Assembly: GCF_006345805.1 (NCBI RefSeq)
Contig: NC_043021.1
Location: forward strand, 10,540,001 to 10,604,000
Direction of reading: 5' to 3'
Source of the DNA: Octopus sinensis
Taxonomy: Eukaryota
Length of the DNA stretch: 64,000 nucleotides
Shown: positions 48,159-61,329 of the stretch, piece after piece
Layout of the letters: every line of letters starts with the position of its first letter
Position numbering within the stretch: position 1 is the stretch's first letter
Notes under the pieces: model-generated
Seen by the model: only the letters and a program-made list of their open reading frames with translations
What the model was told of the DNA's origin: nothing
Database searches by the model: none
Made by a program: the position numbers and the translations under genes

Positions 48159-49355
48159 TACACCTGTGTAGAGATTCTTATTTTGTTTGTTTTTATTTTT
48201 GGCTTGGAGAGGTGAAGTTTGCTAAAAGTGGTGCTGGCTCTAGCAAGTGAGTGGTGTTGATTGATGAAGAAATGGTTGGTGGAATCAGTAGTGGAGGTAG
48301 TAGTAGCAGTTGTGGTAGGGCGATGATGGTGGAGGTAGTAGTATGGCTGTGGTGGTAGAACCAGTGGTATTGTAGTATAGGTAGAAGTTGGGCAATGATA
48401 GAGATGGTGGTTTGGTAGTGGTGGTGGTGGCAATGGTATGTTGGAAGAGGTAGTAGAGAAGCAATTGTAGACACAATGGTAGTGGGGGTGGCAGTAGGGA
48501 GTGTTGCTCCTGTTTGTGGTGGTGATGTGAGGATGTAAAGTTGCTTAATCAAATGGAAAAGATTCAAAGAAGAAACTGCCTCAATGGAATTTCTGGTACT
48601 TAGAGGAAAAGAAAATTATACAGGAAAAAAAAAAGGAGGTGGATAGAGGGAGATGTGTGTGTGTGTGTGTGTGTGTGCTTTCAGTGGAAGTAAAAGGATT
48701 CTGTGGATGAGTAATAACAACAACAAGGCTAACATACCTAAGTCCCATTCACTATCTTGGTTTTTGTAACAACAACAACAACAACAACAACAATCTGGTG
48801 TGGTATGCAAAAGACACTTCTGCTTCACTGCCACCAACAACCCTCCTCCCCACCTCTACAAGTTTAAAGACTAAGGAATAGCAACAGCAGCAACAACAAT
48901 TTAGACAACAACAACAAACAGCAGCAGCAGCATTGACAACAACAAAAACAAAGACAGCAAGAATGAAAACAAACAACAACAACAACTGCGAGTAATAACA
49001 ATATTCCAATAAGGGGCATCGTTGGTTGCCTTCGTTGCAGTGCACTGTTACCTAACCACTACAGTCACCACCAACCCCTTAGTTGCAGTATACTACTATC
49101 TGGCCACCACCACCACAACTCTCTCTTTACAAAGTTTCACTGTTGCTATACCTGAAGAACCTTACCACACTACCTTCTCTGTCTTTATCTTCACCTCTCT
49201 CTCTGTGTCCTTCAACTCCTGTCCCCACCTCGCTCCATTTCCTTTTGGTCGTGTTCTTGACCCCAGTAGTTTTGTTACTGGTTTCAGCCACTGCACCATG
49301 GTGAAGCTGGGGCACCATGTTCTATTACTACATTAATCTCCTGTATATATATATT

Positions 49356-49641
49356 GTGGAGGCACAGTGGCCCTGTGGTTAGGGCAGCGGACTCGCGGTC
49401 GTAGGATCGCGGTTTCGATTCCCAGACCAGGCGTTGTGAGTGTTTATTGAGCGAAAACACCTAAAAGCTCCACAAGGCTCCGGCAGGGGGTGGTGGCGAT
49501 CCCTGCTGTACTCTTTCGCTACAACTTTCTCTCACTCTTTCTTAGCCAGCGGGGTGGTGTCATTTGAAGGCTAAAACAATGCGAAGCGCATTGTGACCAG
49601 CGATGTGTAGCAACATCTGATAGCCTGGTCGATCACGGTGA
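49356..49641 (+). mobile_element. SINE family C
   Basis: Collinear with 7216-7515. Confidence 0.88.
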
Positions 49642-49756
49642 TATATATATTATTACTAGTAAGCAGGAAAGCGGATGAATTACAAAGCCCTTCAGAAGAA
49701 TAGTTCTGCTAAATATGTAGAAAAGGTTCCAGTAGAAATTCTGTGTGTCAAGCCAG

Positions 49757-49932
49757 CAGAAATGTTAGCATGCCGGGTGAAATGCTTAGCGGTATTTCGT
49801 CTGCCGCAACGGTCTGAGTTCAAATTCCGCCAAGGTTGACTTTACCTTTCATCCTTACGGGGTTGATTAAATAAGTACCAGTTACGCACTGGGGTCAATA
49901 TAATCGACTTAATCCGTTTGTCTGTCCTTGTT
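49757..49932 (+). mobile_element. SINE family B, 3'-truncated
   Basis: cagaaatgttagcatgccgggtgaaatgcttagcgg...taatcgacttaatccgtttgtctgtcc. Confidence 0.85.
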
Positions 49933-51099
49933 TGTCTCTACCCCTCCCCTCTTCCACCTAGTCTCCCCTGTCGAGTCTCTTCCCCATGGTGTATCCCAAC
50001 AACCCCCTTTACCTCTGTTTCTGTCTACTCTTTACATTCCCTCCCCTCCACCTCTCAATCTCCTTTCGCAATCTTGCAAACTTACCCACCCACTCACCCT
50101 ATCCAATCCTTGGTTCCACTCCATTTATATCCCCCCCTGCATAACCTGAGTGTAACCCCCCCCGTCTCATCTTCATCATCTTGTCTTTCCTTTTTCTCTC
50201 TTCTCCTTACTCTCTCTCTCTTTCTCTCTCTTTTCTGCCCTACTGGGGTAGCCATCTATCTCTCCTTTACTGCAAGACCCCTATTTCTGTCCTTCTGCTC
50301 ATACTCTGACCTCTTGTCTGGCACAAAGCCACCTTCCTCAATACTGTGCCTCCCATTCATCTCAGGGCTCTCATCTTCTAAATTATTTGGTAACCCCCAT
50401 AGGTGCTGGTGCCATGTAAAAAAACAAAAAAAGGCCCCCAGTCCATCTGCAAAGTGGTTGGCATTAGGAAGGGCGTCCAGTCATTGAAAACATGCCAAAT
50501 CGCTCAGTAGAACTTGCCAGCTCCCATGATACCATCCAACCCATGCCAGCATAGAAAATTGACATTAAATGATGATGATGACAGTTCTCAGAATATATTC
50601 TGTTAGTCTCGAATGATGAATGATAAAGTGGAGCTTCAATGAGTGGGAAGGGAGAAAGCAGTGTCCATGACCCTTTATAGAACTTCTCTCAGAGACTGGT
50701 AGCAAAAGGAGGAGGTGGGTATCTTAAGACTGAAGAGTCTGGCCCCAAGTGCCTGCCACGTTGCTGTGTTAAACCAACTGATAATGGTTCAGCATCACCA
50801 TCTGCATGACAAGCATTAATTAAGTTAGTGTTAACATTTAGCATGATACCGGAAGCGTTAAAATAGTTTGTAGGATGGGAAATGTCAAGGATGTTAGTGC
50901 AGTTTCAATGCTATTCATTCGTGCTTAATATTTTTCTCTCTGTGTTGGATGTTTAACTGTCATAACTGCCTGGAAGTCAAACGGCTACATTTGATGAATG
51001 AAAAGTTGTTTTAAATATTAAACCAATTCTGAGATGCCATCAGTATGCTGAATAATAAGTGAGTGAGTGAGTGAAAGTAATGCATTTAAAGCTTGGAAT

Positions 51100-51560
51100 A
51101 TCATCATCATCATCATCGTCGTTTAATGTCTGCTTTCCATGCTGGCATGGGTTGGACAGTTTGACTTGAGGACTGGCAAGACAGGAGGCTGCACCAGGCT
51201 CCAATTTGATCTGGCTAAGTTTCCACAGCTGGATGCCCTTCCTAACATCAACAACTCCAAGAGTGTAGTGGGTGCTTTTGACGTGCCACCAGCATGGGGG
51301 CCAGTCAGGCAGCACTGAAATCAACCACCCGTGAATGGTGCTTTTTACATGCCACCGGCATGGGAGCCAGTCAGGGAGCACTGGCACCAACTATGCTCGG
51401 ATGATGCTTTTTATGTGCCACCAGCACAGGTGCCAGTCAGGCAGCACTGGCATCAATCATGCTCAAATGGTGTTTTTTGCGTGCCACTAGCATGGGAGCC
51501 ATACAGGTGACACTGGCATTGACCACACTCAAACAGTGCTTCTTATATGCCACTGGCATT
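51100..51560 (-). mobile_element. RTE 3'-end copy with about 5 degenerate ~60-bp hairpin units
   Basis: (CAT)n tail, ggatgcccttcct motif, repeated gtgcttttt...gtgccac. Confidence 0.82.
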
Positions 51561-52517
51561 GGCTACATTCAAATGGTGCATGGCTGATGTTATTATAAAC
51601 TATTAAAAAATTATTAACAGTGGTTGTGTGCTAAGAAGTTCCCAACCACATAGTCTTGTGTTCAATCCCACTGCATGGCCCTTGGTTGGCCCAAGGCTAT
51701 TGTAGAAGACACCTGCCCAAGGTGCCATGCCATGGAACTGAACCTGGGACCATGTAGTTGGGAACTGAACTTCTTACCTATATAGATATGGGTTGTGTAT
51801 GTTTATGTCTCCTTGTCTTGGCATTGAATGATAGTTGTAAATGATTTCCTGTAATACAAGCAGCGTTAGCCATTTCCATGTATGTGGCAAATATGGCTTT
51901 GCTTAGAAGTAGGTGAGGTTTGTTGACAGGAAAGGCACCCCACCATAGAAAATCTGCCTCATTAAACTCTGTCCAACCCATGCAAGCATGGAAAAGTGGA
52001 TGTTAAAATGATGATAATGATGATGAATTACTAGTATTTTTGCTTTTTTCTCTTTTCTTTCCTAGTTCCAACAAATATACGTTATTTATGCATATACACT
52101 TAGCAGATTGCCAGTCAACATTTTAACAAGTTACTGAGAAGCTACTTTTGTCTTGAGGGTCTTTGAAAGACAAGTGAAATGTCTAGAGTTATGTATACTT
52201 GCCAATTGAAACACAAAATTAACAAAATATTTGTCGTCTACTAATATTTATTTTTCACTCACTCCATATTTAATTCTACATAAGTATTCTACTGCGTTCC
52301 AGAATTAAGTACATTTTCAGACAAAACAAACTTTTAGAAGGAAGTTCGGTAATTAAGTCTGTTTAAGATAAGTCATCGTTAACCCCTTTCCTGGCAAAGA
52401 CGAGTTAACTTGTCTTCACCCAGTTTGTCTTTTTCAGGATGCGGCGAGTAAGCTCATCCAAAGCATATACTTTCAAAAACAGCTACTGAGGAGTTTATAT
52501 GTCAATTTTCGGCATTT

Positions 52518-53070
52518 CATCATCATCATCATCATCATCATCGTTTAGTGTCCGTTTTCCATGCTAGCATGGGTTGGACGGTTCAACTGGGGTCTGTGAA
52601 GCCGGAAGGCTTCATCAGGCCTAGTCAGATCTGGCAGTGTTTCTACGGCTGGATGCCCTTCCTAACGCCAACCACTCCGTGAGTGTAGTGGGTGCTTTTT
52701 ACGTGCCACCCGCACAGGTGCCAGACAGAGCTGGCAAACGGCCACGAACGGATGATGCTTTTTATGTGCCACCGGCACGGGGGCCAGGCAAGGCTGGCAA
52801 TGGACATGAACGGATGGTGCTTTTTACGTGCCACCGGCACGAGGCCAGTCGGGGCGGCGCTGGCAATGGTCACGAACGGATGGTTCTCTTACATGCCACC
52901 GGCACTGGTAACACATCTGCAATTTCCATTGATCGATTTCGATTCTGATCCTCACTTGCCTCAACAGGTCTTCACAAGTAGAGTTTTGTGTCCCAAGAAG
53001 GGAAGGTATGCATACGTAGGCTGGCTCCATCCCATGTAGAAAGCCACGGGTTATGGTCTCACTTGTCCTG
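52518..53070 (-). mobile_element. RTE 3'-end copy, longer, reaching the gaagacctgttgaggcaag region
   Basis: Reverse complement matches the 35960-36704 organisation with about 4 hairpin units. Confidence 0.85.
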
Positions 53071-53529
53071 CCTTTATCTGTTTTTACTAGACTAACAAAG
53101 AATAAGTCCTGGGGTCGATTTTCTTGACTAAAGGCGGTGGTCCAGCATGGCTGCAGTCAAGATGACTGAAACAAGTAAAAGAGTAAAAGAGTATACCAAT
53201 GCCATTGGTATGGACATATAAAGTGTGTGTGTGATCTTTTTCATTCCTTTGACACTCAGGTTCTCCTTCAGCTCAATTGCGCATCCACGTCTATGCATGT
53301 ACTAAGATTGCTTACCCAGTGGAGTATGTTTCATTTCTTTCCTTTCTTTGCTCCATCTTTGCTGATAAGGTATCACTTGCATGCAACATCACAATTTGTT
53401 CACAAACATCATACAATTTCCTACATCATAACTATGGTAAATATACACAGTTAATATGAGGTTAATAGTCATGAAAATGATAATGTTGTTATCTCTAATC
53501 CTGATATCAGGAGCCATAGAAGTTGTGTA

Positions 53530-54010
53530 CAATCATCATCATCATCGTTTAACATCTGTTTTCCATGCTAGCATGGGTTGGACAGTTCGACCAGGGTCTG
53601 GGAAGCCAGGAGGCTGCACCAGGCTCCAATCTGATCTGGCAGTGTTTCTACAGCTGGATGCCCTTCCTAACACCAACCACTCCATGAGTGTAGTGGGTGC
53701 TTTTTGCGTGCCGCCGGCACAGGTGCCAGGGGAGGCTGGCAACAGCCACAATCGATTTGTGTTTTTTTTCTGCCACTGGCACGAAAGCCAGTCAACGCAG
53801 CGCTGGTATCGGCCATGTTCAGATGGTGCTTTTTATGTGCCACTGGCACATAAAAAAAGCATCTGGTTCACTCTGAAGTGGTTGGCATTAAGAAGGGCAT
53901 CCGGCTATAGAATTCATGTCACAGCAGATATTGGAGCTTAGCACTGTCCTCTGGCTTGTTGGCCCCTGTCAGACTGTCCAACCCATTCCAGCATGGAAAA
54001 TGGATGTCAA
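53530..54010. mobile_element. Two RTE 3'-end copies joined in opposite orientation
   Basis: Minus-strand copy 53530-~53845, then plus-strand terminus gcacataaaaaaagc...agaagggcatccgg...ccagcatggaaaa. Confidence 0.65.
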
Positions 54011-54490
54011 ATGACAGTGAGTCTTTCATGTGTTGTCAAAGTAGCAAGAAGTGAACACTAGCCCTCCTTTGCCTGCTCACACACCAAATTACACGGGACA
54101 TTGTGTTTTCTTAGTTGTTTTACCAATATTTACCAAACTGCACAAATAATAACATTTGTATTTTCAATGCTAAAGAATCCTACACAAAATAAATATAGCG
54201 CTGTTTATCTAGGACCATCCAGAAAAAATATTGTTTTGGTGTGGTGACTGGGTGAGAGGAGGCAGGTCAGCCAGCACATAGGGTCTCCAAGACAGGAGAA
54301 GTGTAGTGGAAGAGGAGAAAGAAATCATAACTCATGGTCATAAGAAAGGAAACACTGGTCACAACCAAACTCCAAGCAAGTGAGATGTGTCAAACTGTCT
54401 CTATCGGTTGGCCTATGGGAAAGCTTCTATGTTTTGGCTTGATCTGCTATAAAGAACAAGATAAATCTTCAAATTGTTCCTTACAGTCTT

Positions 54491-54539
<49 letters not shown>

Positions 54540-54560
54540 AAATGTAACCAGTATGAGTAC

Positions 54561-57500
54561 TGGTGTCACTCAGAAAGCACTGGTGATGGTGCCACTCAAA
54601 AAGCACTGGTGTGGTGCCACATAAAAAGCACTGGTGATGGTGCCACATAAAAAGCACTGCTGATGGTGCCACATAAAAAGCACTGCTGATGGTGCCACAT
54701 AAAAAGCACTGCTGATGGTGCCACATAAAAAGCACAGGTGATGGTGCCACATAAAAAGCACTGCTGATGGTGCCACATAAAAGCACTGCTGATGGTGCCA
54801 CATAAAAAGCACTGCTGATGGTGCCACATAAAAAGCACTGCTGATGGTGCCACATAAAAAGCACTGCTGATGGTGCCACATAAAAAGCACTGGTGATGGT
54901 GCCACTTAAAAAGCACTGGTGATGGTGCCACTTAAAAAGCACTGCTGATGGTGCCACATAAAAAGCACTGGTGATGGTGCCACATAAAAAGCACTGCTGA
55001 TGGTGCCACATAAAAAGCACAGGTGATGGTGCCACATAAAAAGCACTGCTGATGGTGCCACATAAAAGCACTGCTGATGGTGCCACATAAAAAGCACTGC
55101 TGATGGTGCCACTTAAAAAGCACTGCTGATGGTGCCACATAAAAAGCACTGCTGATGGTGCCACATAAAAAGCACTGGTGATGGTGCCACATAAAAAGCA
55201 CTGGTGATGGTGCCACTTAAAAAGCACTGCTGATGGTGCCACATAAAAAGCACTGCTGATGGTGTCACATAAAAAGCACTGCTGATGGTGCCACTTAAAA
55301 AGCACTGCTGATGGTGCCACATAAAAAGCACTGCTGATGGTGTCACATAAAAAACACTGCTGATGGTGTCACATAAAAAACACTGCTGATGGTGCCACAT
55401 AAAAAGCACTGCTGATGGTGCCACATAAAAGCACTGCTGATGGTGCCACATAAAAAGCACTGCTGATGGTGCCACATAAAAGCACTGCTGATGGTGCCAC
55501 TTAAAAAGCACTGCTGATGGTGTCACATAAAAAGCACTGCTGATGGTGTCACATAAAAAACACTGCTGATGGTGTCACATAAAAAACACTGTGATGGTGC
55601 CACATAAAAAGCACTGGTGATGTGTGCCATTAAAAAGCACTGCTGATGGTGTCACACATAAAAAACACTGCTGATGGTGCCACATAAAAAAGCACTGCTG
55701 ATGGTGCCACATAAAAGCACTGCTGATGGTGCCACATAAAAAGCACTGCTGATGGTGCCACATAAAAAGCACTGCTGATGGTGCCACATAAAAAGCACTG
55801 CTGATGGTGTCACATAAAAAACACTGCTGATGGTGCCACATAAAAAGCACTGCTGATGGTGTCACATAAAAAACACTGCTGATGGTGCCACATAAAAAGC
55901 ACTGGTGATGGTGCCACATAAAAAGCACTGGTGATGGTGCCACATAAAAAGCACTGATGATGGTGCCACATAAAAAGCACTGGTGATGGTGTCACATAAA
56001 AAGCACTGCTGATGGTGTCACATAAAAAGCACTGCTGATGTGTGCACATAAAAAGCACTGCTGTGGTGCCACATAAAAAGCACTGGTGATGGTGCCACTT
56101 AAAAAGCACTGCTGATGGTGCCACATAAAAAGCACTGCTGATGGTGCCACATAAAAAGCACTGCTGATGGTGCCACATAAAAAGCACTGGTGATGGTGCC
56201 ACTTAAAAAGCACTGCTGATGGTGCCACATAAAAAGCACTGCTGATGGTGCCACATAAAAAGCACTGCTGATGGTGCCACATAAAAAGCACTGCTGATGG
56301 TGCCACATAAAAAGCACTGCTGATGGTGCCACATAAAAAGCACTGCTGATGGTGCCACATAAAAAGCACTGCTGATGGTGTCACATAAAAAACACTGCTG
56401 ATGGTGCCACATAAAAAGCACTGCTGATGGTGTCACATAAAAAACACTGCTGATGGTGCCACATAAAAAGCACTGCTGATGGTGCCACATAAAAAGCACT
56501 GCTGATGGTGTCACATAAAAAACACTGCTGATGGTGCCACATAAAAAGCACTGCTGATGGTGCCACATAAAAAGCACTGCTGATGGTGTCACATAAAAAA
56601 CACTGCTGATGGTGCCACATAAAAAACACTGCTGATGGTGCCACATAAAAAGCACTGGTGATGGTGCCACATAAAAAGCACAGGTGATGGTGCCACATAA
56701 AAAACACTGCTGATGGTGCCACATAAAAAGCACTGCTGATGGTGTCACATAAAAAACACTGCTGATGGTGCCACATAAAAAGCACTGCTGATGGTGCCAC
56801 ATAAAAAGCACAGGTGATGGTGCCACTTAAAAAGCACTGCTGATGGTGCCACAAAAAGCACTGCTGATGGTGCCACATAAAAAGCACAGGTGATGGTGCC
56901 ACATAAAAAGCACTGCTGATGGTGTCACATAAAAAACACTGCTGATGGTGCCACATAAAAAAGCACGGTGATGATGGTGCCACTTAAAAAGCACTGCTGA
57001 TGGTGCCACATAAAAAGCACTGCTGATGGTGCCACATAAAAAGCACTGTGATGATGTGCCACATAAAAAGCACTGCTGATGGTGCCACATAAAAAGCACT
57101 GCTGATGGTGCCACATAAAAAGCACTGTGATGGTGCCACATAAAAGCACTGCTGATGGTGTCACATAAAAAACACTGCTGATGGTGCCACATAAAAAGCA
57201 CTGGTGATGGTGCCACTTAAAAAGCACTGCTGATGGTGCCACATAAAAAGCACTGCTGATGGTGCCACATAAAAAGCACTGCTGATGGTGCCACATAAAA
57301 AGCACTGGTGATGGTGTCACATAAAAAGCACTGCTGATGGTGCCACATAAAAAGCACTGCTGATGGTGCCACATAAAAAGCACTGCTGATGGTGCCACAT
57401 AAAAAGCACTGCTGATGGTGCCACATAAAAAGCACTGCTGATGGTGCCACATAAAAAGCACTGCTGATGGTGCCACATAAAAAGCACTGCTGATGGTGCC

Positions 57501-60500
57501 ACATAAAAAGCACTGCTGATGGTGCCACATAAAAAGCACTGCTGATGGTGTCACATAAAAAACACTGCTGATGGTGCCACATAAAAAGCACTGGTGATGG
57601 TGCCACTTAAAAAGCACTGATGAGGTGCCACATAAAAAGCACTGCTGATGGTGCCACATAAAAAGCATTGCTGATGGTGCCACATAAAAAGCACTGGTGA
57701 TGGTGCCACATAAAAAGCACTGGTGATGGTGCCACATAAAAATCTGCACTGGTGATGGGTGCACATAAAAGCACTGCTGATGGTGCCACATAAAAAAGCA
57801 CTGCTGATGGTGCCACATAAAAAGCACTGTGATGGTGCACATAAAAAGCACAGGTGATGGTGCCACATAAAAAGCACTGGTGATGGTGCCACATAAAAAG
57901 CACTGCTGATGGTGCCACATAAAAAGCACTGCTGATGGTGCCACATAAAAGCACTGCTGATGGTGCCACATAAAAAGCACTGTGATGGTGCCACATAAAA
58001 AGCACTGCTGATGGTGCACATAAAAAGCACTGCTGATGGTGCACATAAAAAGCACTGGTGATGGTGCCACTTAAAAAGCACTGCTGATGGTGCCACATAA
58101 AAAGCACTGGTGATGGTGCCACATAAAAAGCACTGGTGATGGTGCCACATAAAAAGCACTGGTGATGGTGCCACATAAAAAGCACTGCTGATGGTGCCAC
58201 ATAAAAAGCACTGCTGATGGTGCCACTTAAAAAGCACTGCTGATGGTGCCACATAAAAGCACTGCTGATGGTGCCACATAAAAAGCACTGCTGATGGTGT
58301 CACATAAAAAACATGGTGATGGTGCCACATAAAAAGCACTGGTGATGGTGCCACTAAAAAGCACTGTGATGGTGCCACATAAAAAGCACTGCTGATGGTG
58401 CCACATAAAAAGCACAGGTGATGGTGCCACATAAAAAGCACTGCTGATGGTGCCACATAAAAAGCACTGCTGATGGTGCCACATAAAAAGCACTGCTGAT
58501 GGTGCCACATAAAAAGCACTGCTGATGGTGCCACATAAAAAGCACTGTGATGGTGCCACATAAAAAGCACTGCTGATGGTGCCACTTAAAAAGCACTGCT
58601 GATGGTGCCATAAAAAGCACTGGTGATGGTGCCACATAAAAAGCACTGCTGATGGTGCCACATAAAAAGCACTGCTGATGGTGCCACATAAAAAGCACTG
58701 CTGATGGTGCCACATAAAAAGCACTGCTGATGGTGCCACATAAAAAGCACTGCTGATGGTGCCACATAAAAAGCACTGGTGATGGTGCCACTTAAAAAGC
58801 ACTGCTGATGGTGCCACATAAAAAGCACTGCTGATGGTGCCACATAAAAAGCACAGGTGATGGTGCCACTTAAAAAGCACTGCTGATGGTGCCACATAAA
58901 AAGCACTGCTGATGGTGCCACATAAAAAGCACTGGTGATGGTGCCACTTAAAAAGCACTGCTGATGGTGCCACATAAAAAGCACTGCTGATGGTGCCACA
59001 TAAAAAGCACTGGTGATGGTGCCACTTAAAAAGCACTGGTGATGGTGCCACATAAAAAGCACTGCTGATGGTGCCACATAAAAAGCACTGCTGATGGTGC
59101 CACATAAAAAGCACTGGTGATGGTGCCACATAAAAGCACTGGTGATGGTGCCACATAAAAAACACTGCTGATGGTGCCACATAAAAAGCACTGCTGATGG
59201 TGCCACATAAAAAGCACTGCTGATGGTGCCACATAAAAAGCACTGCTGATGGTGCCACATAAAAGCACTGGTGATGGTGCCACATAAAAAACACTGCTGA
59301 TGGTGCCACATAAAAAGCACTGCTGATGGTGCCACATAAAAAGCACTGCTGATGGTGCCACATAAAAAGCACAGGTGATGGTGCCACATAAAAAGCACTG
59401 CTGATGGTGCCACATAAAAAGCACTGGTGATGGTGCCACATAAAAAGCACTGGTGATGGTGCCACATAAAAAGCACTGATGATGGTGCCACATAAAAAGC
59501 ACTGGTGATGGTGCCACATAAAAAGCACTGCTGATGGTGCCACATAAAAAGCACTGGTGATGGTGCCACATAAAAAGCACTGGTGATGGTGCCACATAAA
59601 AAGCACTGGTGATGGTGCCACATAAAAAGCACTGCTGATGGTGCCACATAAAAAGCACTGGTGATGGTGCCACATAAAAAGCACTGGTGATGGTGCCACA
59701 TAAAAAGCACTGGTGATGGTGCCACATAAAAAGCACTGCTGATGGTGCCACATAAAAAGCACTGCTGATGGTGCCACATAAAAAGCACTGCTGATGGTGC
59801 CACATAAAAAGCACTGCTGATGGTGCCACATAAAAAGCACTGCTGATGGTGCCACATAAAAAGCACTGGTGATGGTGCCACTTAAAAAGCACTGCTGATG
59901 GTGCCACATAAAAAGCACTGCTGATGGTGCCACATAAAAAGCACTGCTGATGGTGCCACATAAAAAGCACTGCTGATGGTGCCACATAAAAAGCACTGCT
60001 GATGGTGCCACATAAAAAGCACTGCTGATGGTGCCACATAAAAAGCACTGGTGATGGTGCCACATAAAAAGCACTGCTGATGGTGCCACATAAAAAGCAC
60101 TGCTGATGGTGCCACATAAAAAGCACTGGTGATGGTGCCACATAAAAAGCACTGGTGATGGTGCCACATAAAAAGCACAGGTGATGGTGCCACTTAAAAA
60201 GCACTGCTGATGGTGTCACATAAAAAACACTGCTGATGGTGCCACATAAAAAGCACTGCTGATGGTGCCACATAAAAAGCACTGGTGATGGTGCCACTTA
60301 AAAAGCACTGGTGATGGTGCCACATAAAAAGCACAGGTGATGGTGCCACTTAAAAAGCACTGCTGATGGTGTCACATAAAAAACACTGCTGATGGTGCCA
60401 CATAAAAAACACTGCTGATGGTGTCACATAAAAAGCACTGGTGATGGTGCCACTTAAAAAGCACTGCTGATGGTGCCACATAAAAAGCACTGCTGATGGT

Positions 60501-60620
60501 GCCACATAAAAAGCACTGGTGATGGTGCCACTTAAAAAGCACTGCTGATGGTGTCACATAAAAAACACTGCTGATGGTGCTACTTAAAAATCACTGGTGC
60601 TGGTACCATGTAAAAAGCAC
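54561..60620 (+). repeat. ~6-kb tandem array of a 26-bp unit (about 230 copies) within an RTE 3'-UTR copy
   Basis: Consensus GCACTGCTGATGGTGCCACATAAAAA; runs directly into the RTE terminal domain at 60621-60770. Confidence 0.97.
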
Positions 60621-60770
60621 CCAGTACACTCTGTAGAGTGGTTGAGTTTAGGAAGTGCATCCTGCCATAGACACCATGCCAAAACAGACCATAGAACCCG
60701 ATGCAGCCCTTGCCCCTGCCAGTTTCTGTGAAGCTATCTAACCTATGCCAGCATGGAAAACAGCGTGAAA
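60621..60770 (+). mobile_element. RTE terminal domain closing the 26-bp array
   Basis: ccagtacactctgtagagtggtt..ttaggaagtgcatcc..acctatgccagcatggaaaac, homologous to 36540-36680. Confidence 0.78.
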
Positions 60771-61329
60771 ATCCTACATAGTGTTAAAAAGATGAGCTGG
60801 TCATGGCTGGAATGCCTCTGATCATAGCCTTACTCAATTATAGTTGACCTGGAGATAAACAATAATGACCTGACGGGGAAGTAAGTACAAGGAGAGGATT
60901 GAGTGAAAATGACATAACCAAAAATTGTTAACTGGGCTTAAACAACAAAGGCTGTACTGGTACCCAAAAAGGTTAAACCAGACACCCAGACAATTCCTAC
61001 CCCAGTCAGTGTTTATACAAATGTCTTCAGTTTCTCTAGAACAACAGCTGTGTGAGAGAGAGAATAGTGAAAGGTGAAGAGAGAAGAAGAGTACATGGCT
61101 AACAAGGAGAAGCCTTAATGGATGTGCACAATTACTGAGATTAGTGTTGTATTGTCAACAAGGAGTCTATTGTCACATTGGCAGAGCAAAGGTTTATTGT
61201 TCTCCTGAGTGGGGTCAGGTTGCCGGAGAAAGAGAAAGTGGGAGACCATTGCGGATTGATAAGAAGACATTCATTACAGCAAATATTTGAAATAGGAAGA
61301 AATCGTTTGGAGGCTAACATACAGTGTGT

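Noticed and set aside
48158-49336. Pro/His/Thr/Gln-rich ORFs in the (GGT)/(CAA)/(CAG) region
   Set aside because: Trinucleotide low-complexity sequence with frequent stops in all frames and no convincing splice sites.
52438-52447. Possible 10-nt microexon (ttttcag|GATGCGGCGA|gtaagc)
   Set aside because: Frame-shifting length, and it lies next to a TTAA-CCC piggyBac-like end, so it is probably TE sequence.
54481-60557. Many long minus-strand ORFs (up to 646 aa) with the repeat MAPSAVLFMWHHQQCFLCGTISSAFY
   Set aside because: The reverse complement of the 26-bp unit happens to lack stops, so all three frames give the same 26-aa period; stops and frameshifts follow unit variants at random, with no splice or start context.
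54561-60620. CRISPR array
   Set aside because: Units are directly tandem with no unique spacers, the context is eukaryotic, and there are no cas genes.
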